The notes: generated by a model not told the origin, from the letters alone. Shown: positions 49,096-60,510, counted from the stretch's first letter. The stretch is DNA of 64,000 nucleotides from Nitrospinaceae bacterium (GCA_965223665.1 OZ245011.1:3040001-3104000), one strand, 5' to 3'. Numbers and translations: made by a program.

Positions 49096-50163
49096 TTAAC
49101 CGTGTCCACCCATCATGAAGGCCTCGGATTCTTCAAACCGTGGTGAGGGTAAATGAGCCACGCTATCGAAAAATTGCTGGGAGCAACTTAAAACATCAGA
49201 AGTGGTAGGTAATTGAAACGTTTTTCTGCGGAATGCTGCAGCTCCTGGATAACCAAAAGCCATCCAAACCGCTAATTTTCGCAAACTTAGAAGAGTTCTT
49301 CGAGTGTCATATTGAGGAATTAACAATTCTAAATATCTTTGTAAAAGTTCCATGGGAGAAGGGTTTATAGAGGGGTTATTTTCTCCAAGGCATTGTTGGA
49401 AAATCCAGGGGTTTCGCAGTGCCCCTCTTCCTATCATTACGGCATCAACCTCAGTTTCTTGTAAAAGATCTCGAGCTCGCTGAGCATCCCTAATGTCTCC
49501 GTTTCCAATAATAGGTAGGGTGGTATTTTTTTTAACATCACGAATTAAATCCCAATCTGCCTGCCCGCTGTAAGCCTGTAATCGAGTTCTACCATGAATA
49601 GCCACCCATTCACATCCGGAATTTTTGGCCGCCTCCACACACTCGTGAATCGTTAATTCTGCATCGCTCCATCCAGTCCTCATTTTCACAGTTAAAGGAA
49701 GTTCGATATTATTTTTAATTTTTGTTAAGAACTTTTCTAGAAAGATGGGGTCTCTCATTAATGCAGCTCCACAACCCTTTTTTACAACCTTTTTGACAGG
49801 ACAACCGAGATTTATATCTAGGAAATCCGCACCATTTTCTTTGACAAGAGGTGCTACCTTAATAAAATCCTCAGCGAGTTCTCCAAATAATTGAATTCCC
49901 ACCAAGGTGCCTCGATTTGTATGGGTTCGAATCATTCTTTTTGTTTTTTCAGAATTAAACATTAAACCTTTCGCGGAAACAAGTTCGGAAATTAAAACTC
50001 CAGCACCCATTTCATCCATTAATTGTCTGAAACAAACATCCGTTATTCCAGACATGGGGGCCATCCAAAATCCATTTCGCATACGGTTTATCAAACCTTT
50101 TGGTCCATTAGGTTTTAGTGTATTGTTTCTTTTGAGATTGGGATTTAATTCTGAATCAGACAT
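49096..50163 (-). CDS. dusB: tRNA-dihydrouridine synthase (DusB-like)
   Basis: APMSGITD, DINLGCPVKKV, TVKMRTGW, IHGRTR, GNGDI, MIGRGALRNPW. Confidence 0.92.
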   Translation of the reverse strand: MSDSELNPNLKRNNTLKPNGPKGLINRMRNGFWMAPMSGITDVCFRQLMDEMGAGVLISELVSAKGLMFNSEKTKRMIRTHTNRGTLVGIQLFGELAEDFIKVAPLVKENGADFLDINLGCPVKKVVKKGCGAALMRDPIFLEKFLTKIKNNIELPLTVKMRTGWSDAELTIHECVEAAKNSGCEWVAIHGRTRLQAYSGQADWDLIRDVKKNTTLPIIGNGDIRDAQRARDLLQETEVDAVMIGRGALRNPWIFQQCLGENNPSINPSPMELLQRYLELLIPQYDTRRTLLSLRKLAVWMAFGYPGAAAFRRKTFQLPTTSDVLSCSQQFFDSVAHLPSPRFEESEAFMMGGHG

Positions 50164-50173
50164 ATTTTGAAAA

Positions 50174-51082
50174 TTATTTTATTTTAAATTTTGCTTGCTT
50201 TAAGAACTCTTCAAAATGTGGGGGTAAAGAGGCTTTCAAATCAATAATGCGGTTTTTAAAATTAATTTTCAACTTATAAGCATGGAGACCTAAATTACCT
50301 TCTGAGGAATTACCGTATACTGGATCATGAGTTAATGGAGCCCCTTTCAAAGATAAATGGACTCGGATTTGATTGGTTCTCCCTGTGCGGGGTATTACCT
50401 TAAGTAAAGTTATTCCATTAAATGTAATCAACTTTTCAAAATCTGTAAGGGCGGGTTTGGGATTAATGGAATTTGGGCCTACTCCCCTTGCGGAACCTTT
50501 GATTTTTCCAATTGGAGCATCCACAGAAAATTGGTTTGGCAAGTCTTTGCAATCCACCAAAGCCAAATATTCTTTATATACTCTGTTGTTTGTGAATTCC
50601 TCTGTTAGTGCAGCTGCTGTTTCCGAAGTTTTTGCAAAAACCACCACACCTGTTGTTAAAGCATCTAGCCTTTGAACTGGTCGAGGGATTTCATTTTTAT
50701 AATGTTCTTTTAGAATTTCTGTCATGCTATTTTTAAAATAACGACCACTTGGATGGATAGGAAGGGGAGCTCCCTTGTTAAATACTCGAATATTGTCGTC
50801 TTCGTAAATAACAAACAATTTTCTATTGGCAGGAGGCTCCTGTCGAATTCCCATATTTGTAACAATAAAATCATGCTCTTTTAGTACGGTACCTAATCCA
50901 GCGGTTTTTCCATTGACTGAAATATCTCCTTTTTGAATTTTACTTTTCCACTCTTGAAAACTTAAGAAAGGAAACCGGTCAGTAAAATAGTTTTCAATAA
51001 AATATCCAATATATTTACCCGGTAAATAAGATTGATAAATTTGTTCAGCAGGTGGGGGACTTTCTAATCGAACGGAAGCCAT
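50174..51082 (-). CDS. RluA-family pseudouridine synthase
   Basis: QRLDALTTGVVVFAK, TGRTNQIRVHL, DPVYG, LHAYKL. Confidence 0.92.
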   Translation of the reverse strand: MASVRLESPPPAEQIYQSYLPGKYIGYFIENYFTDRFPFLSFQEWKSKIQKGDISVNGKTAGLGTVLKEHDFIVTNMGIRQEPPANRKLFVIYEDDNIRVFNKGAPLPIHPSGRYFKNSMTEILKEHYKNEIPRPVQRLDALTTGVVVFAKTSETAAALTEEFTNNRVYKEYLALVDCKDLPNQFSVDAPIGKIKGSARGVGPNSINPKPALTDFEKLITFNGITLLKVIPRTGRTNQIRVHLSLKGAPLTHDPVYGNSSEGNLGLHAYKLKINFKNRIIDLKASLPPHFEEFLKQAKFKIK

Positions 51083-51290
51083 TGAATTAACACCATGGCA
51101 TTGAATAGAGAATTTTTTTGGTTTTTAAAGAGGACTTAGAGATCTCTGAATGGACTTGAGGACAAGAGTAAATTGAGTTTTTTAAAAAATTATATACTTT
51201 CATCAGCATAAAATATTTAATTCAAAATTCAATAAATCATTAGTTATTGTTTATTGATTTGGTTAAGTCCAATGTAGTTAAAAAAATTAT

Positions 51291-51857
51291 TTAATTTCTA
51301 CTTGGGTCTACCGGAGCGGTTAAAAGATATTCATATTCTTTACCTAGGGAACGTACCACCTTAGCCCAAACCAAAGGATCCGATGAATCAAATACGAAAT
51401 CTTCTGATGCATTACAAGTCAACCAACTTTTTTGCTTCATTTCATTGTTAAGTTGGCCAATTCCCCACCCGGAATATCCTAAATAAAATCGAATCTGTAC
51501 TAAAGGATTATCCATTTTAGGATAAATTTCTTCTAACACATCCCAACTCATTCCTAATTGCACACCAGGACAGACGGTTTCTAATTGTGGAATGGGTTCC
51601 GGTGTACGGCACAAATAAAATACCTGTGATTGAGAGACAGGGCCACCAATAAATACCTCTTGTTCATGATATTTTAAAAGTTTAGATTCCCCAAAAATTT
51701 CTGCTGCTGTCAGATCGGACTTACGGTTTACCACTAACCCAAATGATCCTTCATCATTATGATTACACAATAGGACAACTGTTCTAGAAAAGTTGGGATC
51801 CGGCAAGACCGGGTTGGCAATTAAGAATGATCCTTTTCCATATGGTTCACTAGTCAT
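51291..51857 (-). CDS. YqgE/AlgH (UPF0301) family protein
   Basis: DPNFSRTVVLLC, GSFGLVVNR, GGPV, LGYSGWGIGQL. Confidence 0.92.
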   Translation of the reverse strand: MTSEPYGKGSFLIANPVLPDPNFSRTVVLLCNHNDEGSFGLVVNRKSDLTAAEIFGESKLLKYHEQEVFIGGPVSQSQVFYLCRTPEPIPQLETVCPGVQLGMSWDVLEEIYPKMDNPLVQIRFYLGYSGWGIGQLNNEMKQKSWLTCNASEDFVFDSSDPLVWAKVVRSLGKEYEYLLTAPVDPSRN

Positions 51858-51886
51858 GGTGAATCCTGAGAAAAGAGGAGTTCGAG

Positions 51887-52507
51887 TTATAGATTCAAAG
51901 ATTGCAATTTTTTAAATGCAGGTCCCTGTTTTGCAGAATCTTTACCTTCTCGGGAAGCGAAATTATTATCCATATAGAGAGCCACTAAGTTGGGCAATTT
52001 TTTGGAACAAGAAAGTGCTAATAAACCCTCATCCCCAATTTCATTTTGCGCCAGGTCGATTTCTTCGATCAACTCTAGGGTATTTTCATTTGCCAGGATT
52101 TTAGCACCTTCGTCTTTTAAATAATTTCTATAGAGGTTCAAAGTTTTTACTTTTTTAAGAATGGGTGATTTGACTACTGCCCGTATTCCATTGGGACCTA
52201 AATCATTTCCCCCAAGTTCTAACCAATTAATCTTGGCAAAAACTTCATTTTCAGAAAGAAAATGAGCCCCTGCATCCCCGATTTTGTTACCGCCTAAATT
52301 AAGTCGCTTTAAATTAACAATACGTTCATCTTCAGCAATGGTTTTTAATCCATTCACGCCTACGCAACAACCTTTTAAATTCAATTCCCGGCCATTTGGA
52401 GAAATTTGATCATCCACGATTTTTTTCATCGCTTCAATCAATCTTTCACCTGTATAATTACAGGGCTCAGCGGTGTCGTAAATGCGATACCCACTTAATG
52501 ACGGCAT
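51887..52507 (-). CDS. Leucine-rich repeat protein (RI-like, 28-aa repeats)
   Basis: LNLGGNKIGDAGA, LELGGNDLGPNG, LNLYRNYLKDEGA, IDLAQNEIGDEG. Confidence 0.85.
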   Translation of the reverse strand: MPSLSGYRIYDTAEPCNYTGERLIEAMKKIVDDQISPNGRELNLKGCCVGVNGLKTIAEDERIVNLKRLNLGGNKIGDAGAHFLSENEVFAKINWLELGGNDLGPNGIRAVVKSPILKKVKTLNLYRNYLKDEGAKILANENTLELIEEIDLAQNEIGDEGLLALSCSKKLPNLVALYMDNNFASREGKDSAKQGPAFKKLQSLNL

Positions 52508-52653
52508 AACTCCCTCAATTTTTATAATAATAAAGGGCCATTTTGAACTCCACGAATAAACAAAAAACCTATAAGATATATGGAGTTATAGGTTGATGAT
52601 TGTAGAGGCTTGCTGTCTGGCCTAATTTATGATAAGCACAGGCTATTATAATG

Positions 52654-52681
52654 TTGACAGAAAATCAATATAATTTAAAAT
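52654..52681 (+). promoter_or_regulatory. Candidate sigma70 promoter for hisI-hisG
   Basis: TTGACA-16 nt-TAAAAT, about 27 nt upstream of the ATG with AGGAG RBS. Confidence 0.5.
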
Positions 52682-52708
52682 TCGCTCTTTCATTATATAG
52701 GAGATATT

Positions 52709-53086
52709 ATGCAATTGGATTTTGAAAAAATGGGAGGACTGGTTCCTGCAATTATTCAAGATGCCGAAACCGGAAAAGTTCTTATGTTGGCCTATATGAA
52801 TCAAGTGGCTTGGGAAAAAACGTTGGAAACTGGAAAAGCTTGGTTTTACAGCCGTTCACGAGACAAACAATGGATGAAGGGTGAAGAAAGTGGTAATGTT
52901 CAGGTCGTAAAAGAGGTTTTAGTAGACTGTGATGATGATACTGTTTTGTTGAAGGTCGAACAAGTTGGTAAAGCAGCTTGCCATAAGGGATATCAAAGTT
53001 GCTTTTTTCGAAAACTCAATGGGGAACTGACTACTGTTGAGGAGCAAATTTTTGACCCTAAAAAGGTCTACAAAAATCCAAAATAA
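52709..53086 (+). CDS. hisI: Phosphoribosyl-AMP cyclohydrolase
   Basis: [37 protein letters not shown]. Confidence 0.96.
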   Translation: MQLDFEKMGGLVPAIIQDAETGKVLMLAYMNQVAWEKTLETGKAWFYSRSRDKQWMKGEESGNVQVVKEVLVDCDDDTVLLKVEQVGKAACHKGYQSCFFRKLNGELTTVEEQIFDPKKVYKNPK

Positions 53087-53116
53087 TTTTTAAATCTATT
53101 TTTCAGGTGAAATTTA

Positions 53117-53995
53117 ATGAGCGGTAATGTACTAAAACTGGGGATACCTAAAGGGAGCTTAGAAGAAGCAACTGTTAATCTTTTTGCTAAAGCTGGGTAT
53201 CAAATTAAAATTAAAAGTCGATCTTACTACCCAAGTATTGATGATGATGAAATTGAATGTATGCTGATCCGCGCTCAAGAAATTGCTCGTTACGTAGCCG
53301 ACGGTGTATTAGATGCGGGCCTCACAGGTAAAGATTGGGTCCAGGAAAATCGAGTGGATGTAGTAGAAATTGCGGACTTGGTTTATTCCAAAACATCAGC
53401 GCGTCCGGTGCGATGGGTGCTAGCGGTTCCCAATGACTCTCCTGTAAAAACTGTAAAGGATTTACAAGGGAAACGCGTTGCCACTGAAGCGGTCAACATG
53501 ACGGTCGACTTTTTGAAAAAACATGGTGTAACGGCTTCAGTTGAGTTCTCATGGGGTGCTACTGAAGTGAAACCTCCGAAACTTGCAGATGCAATTGTAG
53601 AAGTTACAGAAACGGGTAATTCTCTTCGAGCGAATAATCTTAGAATTGTGGATACCTTGATGGAGTCCAATACCAAATTCATTATGAATAAAGAAGCCCA
53701 TAAGGATGATTGGAAGAAAAATAAGGTAGACCGATTAGTTTTAATGTTAAAAGGGGCTATGGCGGCAAATAAAAAAGTTGGAATGTTGATGAACGTTCCA
53801 AAATCTTCCTTAGAAAAAATTCTCAAAATTTTGCCTCCAGAATTAAAACCTACAGTTGCTGAATTAACAGATAATAATTGGGTGGATTTGACAGTGATCT
53901 TAGAGGAGCATTTAGTTCGTGAAATTGTTCCTGATCTTAAAGCAGCAGGTGCTGAAGATATTGTCGAATTTCCATTGAATAAAATCATTCACTAA
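53117..53995 (+). CDS. hisG: ATP phosphoribosyltransferase (long form)
   Basis: [42 protein letters not shown]-terminal regulatory domain. Confidence 0.96.
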   Translation: MSGNVLKLGIPKGSLEEATVNLFAKAGYQIKIKSRSYYPSIDDDEIECMLIRAQEIARYVADGVLDAGLTGKDWVQENRVDVVEIADLVYSKTSARPVRWVLAVPNDSPVKTVKDLQGKRVATEAVNMTVDFLKKHGVTASVEFSWGATEVKPPKLADAIVEVTETGNSLRANNLRIVDTLMESNTKFIMNKEAHKDDWKKNKVDRLVLMLKGAMAANKKVGMLMNVPKSSLEKILKILPPELKPTVAELTDNNWVDLTVILEEHLVREIVPDLKAAGAEDIVEFPLNKIIH

Positions 53996-54007
53996 TTTTT
54001 TTTCGCC

Positions 54008-55189
54008 TTGACCGAAGACAACGAAAAATCTAAATCCGATTCTGAAGAAGAAAAATCGGAACCTTCATCAGAAGATTCATCGAAGGAGGCTTTTGAACCA
54101 GAAGATGCGGATCCTAATCCCTCATCTGAAGAACCAACCTCTCCTGTGGATGAGCCTGAAACCATCTATGAACCTCCCAGTAAAAAGTCAACACCTACCT
54201 CAAAGAAAAGATTAATACCAAAGGTAATTTGGGAGTTCTTACTCTTTTTAATAATTGTGGCTCTCTTGGGAGGTGGATATTTCCTTTTCAAAGAACAAAC
54301 TCGTTTTCAAAAAAGAGTTAATTCTAAAATATCTAATTTAGAGTCTGAAATTAGCAATTTAAAAACTCAGCAGCAGATTTTGCAAGGAAAAGCCAAAAGA
54401 TTGGACAGATTCCAACTGGATGTTTCAAGTTTAAAAAGTCAATCCAAACAAAATTTAAATGAACAACAAAAATCCTTAAATTCATTAAATTTAAAAATTA
54501 ATGAAATTGAAGATAAATTGTCTTCAATTAAAGAGCAAGCAACCGCGGAGACTTCAGAAGAAACAACTCAATCTCCATCCGCTGAAGATAATTCTGATAA
54601 TACTAATGTGGAGGAAGATAGTGGAGATGAAATAGATAGCTCAGCGATTTCTGACCCTGAAGGAAATGCAGAGAAATTGGAAAGTGATTCTGGCGAAACT
54701 ATAAAGGAAGAAAAGCCAGTTGCGGAAGAGACGAGTGCCGAAAGTGAAACCTCCCAAGAGGATTCTGATATAAACGAAGACTCAGCCGAGGAAGATGTTT
54801 CAAATTCGGTAGAGGAGGTGCCTGCATCTGAGATTGCCGAAGACCCAACTTTAACTAAAGAGTCCATTGAACCCCTATTATCAACCCCGAAAACCGAAGA
54901 TCAACCTCCACCACCCACAGAGGAAGTGGAAGAAGCTGAGTCTATTGAAGAACCTCAAGAGCCTGAGGAAGAAGAAACAGAGCTCTCTTCTGAGCCGGTA
55001 ACTTCTGAGGAATCCGAGTCAGAGCCAGAACCAATTCCTGTTTCACCCGACAATTCTCAAAAAAAAATAACGCACAATGATTTTATTGATTGGGTGGAAG
55101 AAACCATTAGTAAGCTATTTCAATGGATTGGGGAAGGACTTCAGAAAATTTGGGATTATATTTCCGCCAAAATTAAAGAGAATTTATAA
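54008..55189 (+). CDS. Single-pass membrane protein with coiled coil and long acidic disordered region
   Basis: TM FLLFLIIVALLGGGYFLF; heptad region; E/D/S/P-rich tract; TTG start uncertain. Confidence 0.7.
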   Translation: MTEDNEKSKSDSEEEKSEPSSEDSSKEAFEPEDADPNPSSEEPTSPVDEPETIYEPPSKKSTPTSKKRLIPKVIWEFLLFLIIVALLGGGYFLFKEQTRFQKRVNSKISNLESEISNLKTQQQILQGKAKRLDRFQLDVSSLKSQSKQNLNEQQKSLNSLNLKINEIEDKLSSIKEQATAETSEETTQSPSAEDNSDNTNVEEDSGDEIDSSAISDPEGNAEKLESDSGETIKEEKPVAEETSAESETSQEDSDINEDSAEEDVSNSVEEVPASEIAEDPTLTKESIEPLLSTPKTEDQPPPPTEEVEEAESIEEPQEPEEEETELSSEPVTSEESESEPEPIPVSPDNSQKKITHNDFIDWVEETISKLFQWIGEGLQKIWDYISAKIKENL

Positions 55190-55982
55190 TTTTTGTTTTG
55201 CTTAGAATTCCTGATTTGACACAAAGGTTTTGAAAACAAGTTAAACCCTCCATTTCATTTTTTCCTAAATCGTAAATTATTTTGTTTTGTAAATAATCCC
55301 GGCAAATATTTTCATCAATTCCAGTTAAAGCGGATTGGTGTTTAATAATATTTTCTATTTGTACTTCTCCATTTTTCTTGGCCTGCTGAACGATTTGTAG
55401 AAAATTTGAATCTATATTTACTTCATTACTAACAGCAACTACCGCGTGAACAAAAGTTTTTTGAGTTTTTTTGTACCATTCTTCGCTTAAATCAAAAACC
55501 TCATAGTTGGAATTTTTAATTAATTTAAAGGCTTGGTCACCTATTACAAGCATTGCGTCATAATTGAAAAAATCTTTTTCTTCGGGATAACAAGAATTAA
55601 ATTTTACGTCCTTGGAGAAACGACTCTGAAACAATAAGCGTAACAAAGTCACGGAAGTCCTAGAGCGACTGTCTAGCCCTACGGTTTTTATTTTTGATAA
55701 AGGTTTTTGAGTAATGAGAAGTACAGTTCCTACCGGGCCTTTGGAAGAAATGGATATGTTGGGAAATAATTTAAATTGATCCACATTTTTCAAAAACTCA
55801 ATGGACGGAATCATTGCTAAATCTAATTTGCCTTGAATCAAGCTATCCGCTAGGGAGGAAGGGGTATCTTGAATAACTTTGAAATTTCCCTTTTCACTTA
55901 ATTCAAGTAATGGAATCAGCAATGGTTGTGCATTTAAAAAATTATGGAAGCCAAACTTTAGAGGGTTAATAATTTTATTCAT
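55173..55982 (-). CDS. mqnA: Chorismate dehydratase (futalosine menaquinone pathway)
   Basis: FLNAQPL, LDLAMIPSIE, GPVGTVLL, SRTSVTL, LVIGDQA, DLSEEW...FVHAV. Confidence 0.85.
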   Translation of the reverse strand: MNKIINPLKFGFHNFLNAQPLLIPLLELSEKGNFKVIQDTPSSLADSLIQGKLDLAMIPSIEFLKNVDQFKLFPNISISSKGPVGTVLLITQKPLSKIKTVGLDSRSRTSVTLLRLLFQSRFSKDVKFNSCYPEEKDFFNYDAMLVIGDQAFKLIKNSNYEVFDLSEEWYKKTQKTFVHAVVAVSNEVNIDSNFLQIVQQAKKNGEVQIENIIKHQSALTGIDENICRDYLQNKIIYDLGKNEMEGLTCFQNLCVKSGILSKTKIINSL

Positions 55983-56078
55983 AATGGATGAAACTTTTAA
56001 GCTATTTCTTTACTAATTAAAGAAAAATAGGCAGCAACGTTTGAAAGAATATTAATATTACGAAATTCCAAATAAAAA

Positions 56079-56106
56079 AACCGGGATGGAAATTTCCATC
56101 CCGGTT
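56079..56106 (-). terminator. Intrinsic terminator downstream of hppA
   Basis: Perfect 28-bp palindrome aaccgggatggaaatttccatcccggtt followed by a U-tract on the minus strand. Confidence 0.85.
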
Positions 56107-56124
56107 AATAAGTTTATCTATTGT

Positions 56125-58203
56125 TTAAATAAATAAAGGAGCTAGTACCAATGAAACAATAGACATCAATTTAATTAAGATATTCATAGCAGGTCCTGAT
56201 GTATCTTTCAATGGATCTCCCACAGTATCACCCACTACAGTAGCTTTATGTGCATCGGAACCTTTACCTCCTAATGCCCCGCCTTCGACATATTTTTTTG
56301 CATTGTCCCAAGCACCACCACCATTGGACATGAAAAGGGCCAGCATTACTCCTGAAAGTGTTGCGCCTACCAACATTCCACCTAAAGACTCTTTACCTAA
56401 AAGAAAGCCAATAAGGATGGGTGTTACAAAAGCCGCAACACCTGGTAAAATCATTTCCCTTAATGCCGCCTGAGTGCTGATATCAATACATCGTGCTGTA
56501 TCAGGTTTTCCGGTTCCTTCCATCAGTCCTTCAATTTCTTTAAATTGCCGACGAATTTCTTCAACCATAAGAAAAGCGCCTTTTCCAACAGAAGTCATGG
56601 TGATTGCAGCTACTAAAAAGGGAACCATTCCCCCAATTAATACTCCAATGATTACGGTAGTTTTGGTTATATCGATGGAATCAATTCCTGCGGCTTGAGT
56701 GTATGCAGAAAACAAGGCTAAGGCGGTCAAAGCAGCAGATCCAATAGCAAAACCTTTACCGATAGCGGCAGTAGTGTTTCCTAAAGCATCCAATCCATCC
56801 GTAACTTTTCGAGTTTCTTCACCAAGTCCCGCCATTTCGGAAATTCCCCCTGCGTTGTCAGCAATGGGTCCGTAAGCGTCAACCGACATGGTGATACCAA
56901 CAGTTGCTAACATTCCAACAGCTGCTAACGCCACACCATATAATCCTGCGGCTTTCGCTGAAACAAAAATTGCAAGAGCAATGGTTAAAATAGGAATCGC
57001 ACAACTTTCCATGGCAACGGCTAAGCCAGTGATCATAACTGTAGCCACACCTGTTTTACTTGATTCTGCAATACGAATAACAGGTTTTCCCGCAGTATAA
57101 TATTCCGTTATAAGTCCAATAACAATTCCTGCAAAACAGCCAAATGCTAAAGCAGCAAAAACACCCATTGGCAGACCCATTACGGTGATTGCTATATAGG
57201 CTCCTAACAAAAGTGCGCCGGCACTAACAAAAGTAGAATAACGTAATACATCAGCGGGGTCTAAACTGGACATGGCTCTGATGGATCGAATTCCAATAAT
57301 GGAGGCTATCAATCCGATCATTGCAATAATTACCGGAAGTGACATATATTGAAAACGTAATCCGGCTTCCATGGTGGTGGCAATAGCAATGGTTGCTATC
57401 ATAGAACCTACATAAGACTCAAAAATATCAGCTCCTAATCCAGCAGTATCACCAACACAGTCACCTACGTTATCCGCAATAACCCCTGGGTTCCTTGGAT
57501 CGTCTTCCGGAATTCCTGCCTCCACTTTTCCTACCAAGTCAGAGCCAACATCTGCTATTTTGGTGTATATTCCACCGCCAACACGTGCAAACAAGGCAAT
57601 GGAGCTAGCTCCCATTGCAAATCCACTGATAACGCTTGCAGAGTCGCCTCTACCAAATAAAAGAAACAATCCGCCCACACCTAGAAGTCCCAGGCTTGCG
57701 ACGCAAAGTCCCATAACCGCACCACCGTTAAAAGCAACATCAAGTGCTTTTGCCTCTCCACCGTCGGTGGCCGCTTGAGAAGTTCTTACATTCGCTGTAG
57801 TTGCGGCATTCATTCCAAAAAATCCTGCCGCCATGGAACAAACAGCTCCTAAAATGTAAGAAACCCCAGTCCAAAATCCAATCCACAAACCTTTTTGTGA
57901 ACCAATAAAAATAACTAACAAGAGGAACACAGCTCCAACAAAATATGCCAAGATTCTATATTCTCTTGAGAGAAAAACCATGGCGCCCTCATGAATGGAC
58001 TCAGCGATTTCAGTCATTTTTTCATTGCCTTCAGGTTGGTCATCCACGTATTCATATACTTTCCACGCGATCACCAAACCAAAGAGTCCGAATAAGGGAC
58101 CAAAATACGCAAAATTTTGGGAAACGCCAAACGCGGAAAAGACCACATAAATCAAAAAGGCCAATCCGATAAAAATTAGCTCTCCCTTATATTCTTGCAT
58201 CAT
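56125..58203 (-). CDS. hppA: Membrane-bound pyrophosphatase, K+-dependent, probably Na+-translocating
   Basis: [61 protein letters not shown]. Confidence 0.95.
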   Translation of the reverse strand: MMQEYKGELIFIGLAFLIYVVFSAFGVSQNFAYFGPLFGLFGLVIAWKVYEYVDDQPEGNEKMTEIAESIHEGAMVFLSREYRILAYFVGAVFLLLVIFIGSQKGLWIGFWTGVSYILGAVCSMAAGFFGMNAATTANVRTSQAATDGGEAKALDVAFNGGAVMGLCVASLGLLGVGGLFLLFGRGDSASVISGFAMGASSIALFARVGGGIYTKIADVGSDLVGKVEAGIPEDDPRNPGVIADNVGDCVGDTAGLGADIFESYVGSMIATIAIATTMEAGLRFQYMSLPVIIAMIGLIASIIGIRSIRAMSSLDPADVLRYSTFVSAGALLLGAYIAITVMGLPMGVFAALAFGCFAGIVIGLITEYYTAGKPVIRIAESSKTGVATVMITGLAVAMESCAIPILTIALAIFVSAKAAGLYGVALAAVGMLATVGITMSVDAYGPIADNAGGISEMAGLGEETRKVTDGLDALGNTTAAIGKGFAIGSAALTALALFSAYTQAAGIDSIDITKTTVIIGVLIGGMVPFLVAAITMTSVGKGAFLMVEEIRRQFKEIEGLMEGTGKPDTARCIDISTQAALREMILPGVAAFVTPILIGFLLGKESLGGMLVGATLSGVMLALFMSNGGGAWDNAKKYVEGGALGGKGSDAHKATVVGDTVGDPLKDTSGPAMNILIKLMSIVSLVLAPLFI

Positions 58204-58205
58204 TC

Positions 58206-58769
58206 TTATTGTTCCTCCGTTTGATTAAGAGATTTTTCGTATAATTCTTTCAGTGTTGCTTCAATTCTGGCAACAGCTTGATCGATCATGTCATTTACTT
58301 GTGGCCACTCTTCCTCCTTAAAAGGAGTTAACACGTAGTCCACAATTTCTTCTTTATTGTCAGGCCGGTCTACCCCTAAGCGAAATCGGATAAATTGATC
58401 TGTACCTATTCTATCAATTATAGATCCAATCCCACGGTTTCCTGCGTCGCCCCCTTTAGTCTTACGTTTGATTTTCCCCAAGGCTAAATCAATTTCATCA
58501 TGAACAACTACCAATTGTTCGGGAAGTAAATCGAATGCTTTCAGAAACGAAAGAGCTGCTTTCCCACTTTCATTCATGTACGTCATGGGTTTAGAAACCA
58601 TGACGGGGCAACCATTAATCTTACCTTTTCCAAAAAGGGAAAAATACTTATGCTGGTCGAGTTGAATTTGATGCTTTTCGGCCAAAGCGTCAATTACTAA
58701 GAACCCAATGTTATGTCGGGTTAACTCATAGCGTGGCCCAGGATTACCTAACCCAAGAATTAAAAACAC
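58206..58769 (-). CDS. pth: Peptidyl-tRNA hydrolase
   Basis: [35 protein letters not shown]. Confidence 0.95.
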   Translation of the reverse strand: MFLILGLGNPGPRYELTRHNIGFLVIDALAEKHQIQLDQHKYFSLFGKGKINGCPVMVSKPMTYMNESGKAALSFLKAFDLLPEQLVVVHDEIDLALGKIKRKTKGGDAGNRGIGSIIDRIGTDQFIRFRLGVDRPDNKEEIVDYVLTPFKEEEWPQVNDMIDQAVARIEATLKELYEKSLNQTEEQ

Positions 58770-58792
58770 AAGCGTAAACGGTGTGAGCCGAT

Positions 58793-59443
58793 TTAAGACT
58801 CAGGTTTTTCTGCAGCTGGTTCAGGGGCAGCTGCGGGAGTTTCACCTTCAACACCTTCACCCTCTTCACCTTCTGGTTTTTCTTCCTTCGTTTTTACTTC
58901 ATGCACAGAAACTATAACTTCTTCAATGTTTGTTAAAACCTCTATATTATCAGGAATTTTAAGATCTGAAACGTGAAGAACCTGGTCTAATTGAACCTCT
59001 TCCATATTAACTTCAAACTTTTCTGGAATTTCATTGGGCAAACAGCGTATTTCCAAATTATGTAAACTATGTTCTACAATCCCACCTAATTTTTCACCTG
59101 GGGAATGGCCAACAAGAATGATTGGAGCGTTTACCTTGATTTTGTCTTTCATATCGATTTCCAAAAAATCCGCATGAACCCACCCCTCTTTAATGGGATG
59201 CTCTTGATGATCCTTTAAGAGAACAACTCGTTTATCTTTTGAATCTCCTTCAATTGAAAGCTCAATCAAAGCATTGATACCTTTTTGTTCTAATAGCTTT
59301 TTTAGTTCTTTCGGTTTAATGGTTAAAGCAACCGTAGAGTCTTTACCATATAGTACTGCAGGTAACATTCCATCGCCCCGCAAACGTCTGTTGGCACCTT
59401 TTCCACGACCTTCTCGAATTTTTCCTGATAATGCGTTACTCAT
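58793..59443 (-). CDS. rplY: 50S ribosomal protein L25/Ctc
   Basis: GKGANRRLR..PAVLYG, HADFL; true start probably ATG 59443 (MSNALSG). Confidence 0.93.
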   Translation of the reverse strand: MSNALSGKIREGRGKGANRRLRGDGMLPAVLYGKDSTVALTIKPKELKKLLEQKGINALIELSIEGDSKDKRVVLLKDHQEHPIKEGWVHADFLEIDMKDKIKVNAPIILVGHSPGEKLGGIVEHSLHNLEIRCLPNEIPEKFEVNMEEVQLDQVLHVSDLKIPDNIEVLTNIEEVIVSVHEVKTKEEKPEGEEGEGVEGETPAAAPEPAAEKPES

Positions 59444-59444
59444 T

Positions 59445-60407
59445 TTATAAATCTTCCTTTGAATCAAATAATGAACTGATCGAGCTTTCACTATGAATTC
59501 TAATAATTGCCTCTCCTAATAAAGGAGCTACCGACAATATTTTTATTTTTCCTATCTTTTTTAACTCATCGTTAAGAGGAATTGTGTTAGTTGTGATAAT
59601 GGATTTAATTGGAGATTTTTCTATTCTTTCACCAGCAGGACCCGAGAGTACAGGATGGCTACAAGCAGCATGAACTTCCCCCGCTCCCGCGTCCAAAAGT
59701 GCGTTTGTAGCTTCTACCAAGGTTCCAGCTGTATCAATCATATCATCAATTATAACGGCAACTTTGCCTTTGACATCTCCAATAATATTCATCGCTTTGG
59801 CAACATTTGGACCTTCACGTCGTTTATCAATAATTGCCAGGGAGGTTTTCAAACGTTTCGCGAAAGCTCGTGATCTCTCCACACCCCCTGCGTCAGGAGA
59901 AATGATTACGAGGTCAGAAAGATTCATGCTCTTTATATAGTTAATTAAAACATTCATTGCGAACAAATGGTCTACAGGAATGTTGAAAAATCCTTGAATT
60001 TGTCCCGCATGAAGATCCACAGTTAATACACGGTCCGTCCCTGCTGTGTGCAGCAAATCAGCAACCAGTTTTGAAGTAATAGGAACACGGGGCTCACATT
60101 TGCGATCTTGACGTGCATAACCATAATAAGGAATTACCGCGGTGATCCGTTTTGCGGAAGACCGACGTAATGCATCAATCATGATTAGTAATTCCATTAA
60201 ATTGGTATTTCCTGGGGCACAAGTGGGCTGAATGACGAAAACATCTCCTCCTCTTACGTTTTCCTCAATTCGAACGTAAATTTCTCCATCAGAAAAATCT
60301 TTGACCACACTTTTTCCCAGATCGATATTCATATAGGAACAAATATCTTTGGAAAGGTCCAGATTGGCACGTCCTGAAAAAACTAAAACATTTCCGTTAT
60401 CACTCAT
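59445..60407 (-). CDS. prs: Ribose-phosphate pyrophosphokinase
   Basis: [45 protein letters not shown]. Confidence 0.97.
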   Translation of the reverse strand: MSDNGNVLVFSGRANLDLSKDICSYMNIDLGKSVVKDFSDGEIYVRIEENVRGGDVFVIQPTCAPGNTNLMELLIMIDALRRSSAKRITAVIPYYGYARQDRKCEPRVPITSKLVADLLHTAGTDRVLTVDLHAGQIQGFFNIPVDHLFAMNVLINYIKSMNLSDLVIISPDAGGVERSRAFAKRLKTSLAIIDKRREGPNVAKAMNIIGDVKGKVAVIIDDMIDTAGTLVEATNALLDAGAGEVHAACSHPVLSGPAGERIEKSPIKSIITTNTIPLNDELKKIGKIKILSVAPLLGEAIIRIHSESSISSLFDSKEDL

Positions 60408-60434
60408 CCACTTTTACCGAACTATATTAAAAAA

Positions 60435-60510
60435 TGGCTGGGGCGGGAGGACTCGAACCTCCGAATGCATGAACCAAAATCATGTGTCTTAGCCACTTGA
60501 CGACGCCCCA
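60435..60510 (-). tRNA. tRNA-Gln(TTG)
   Basis: Minus strand TGGGGCG...CGCCCCA-G-CCA; anticodon arm CATGA-TTTTGGT-TCATG; GGTTCGAGTCC; classic ispE-tRNA-Gln-prs synteny. Confidence 0.97.

Noticed and set aside
53383-53988. 201-aa antisense ORF
   Set aside because: Shadow of hisG.
43086-60510. tRNA-Leu and tRNA-Gln share the anticodon stem CATGA/TCATG
   Set aside because: Five-base-pair coincidence; the rest of the two tRNAs differs and each has normal identity features.
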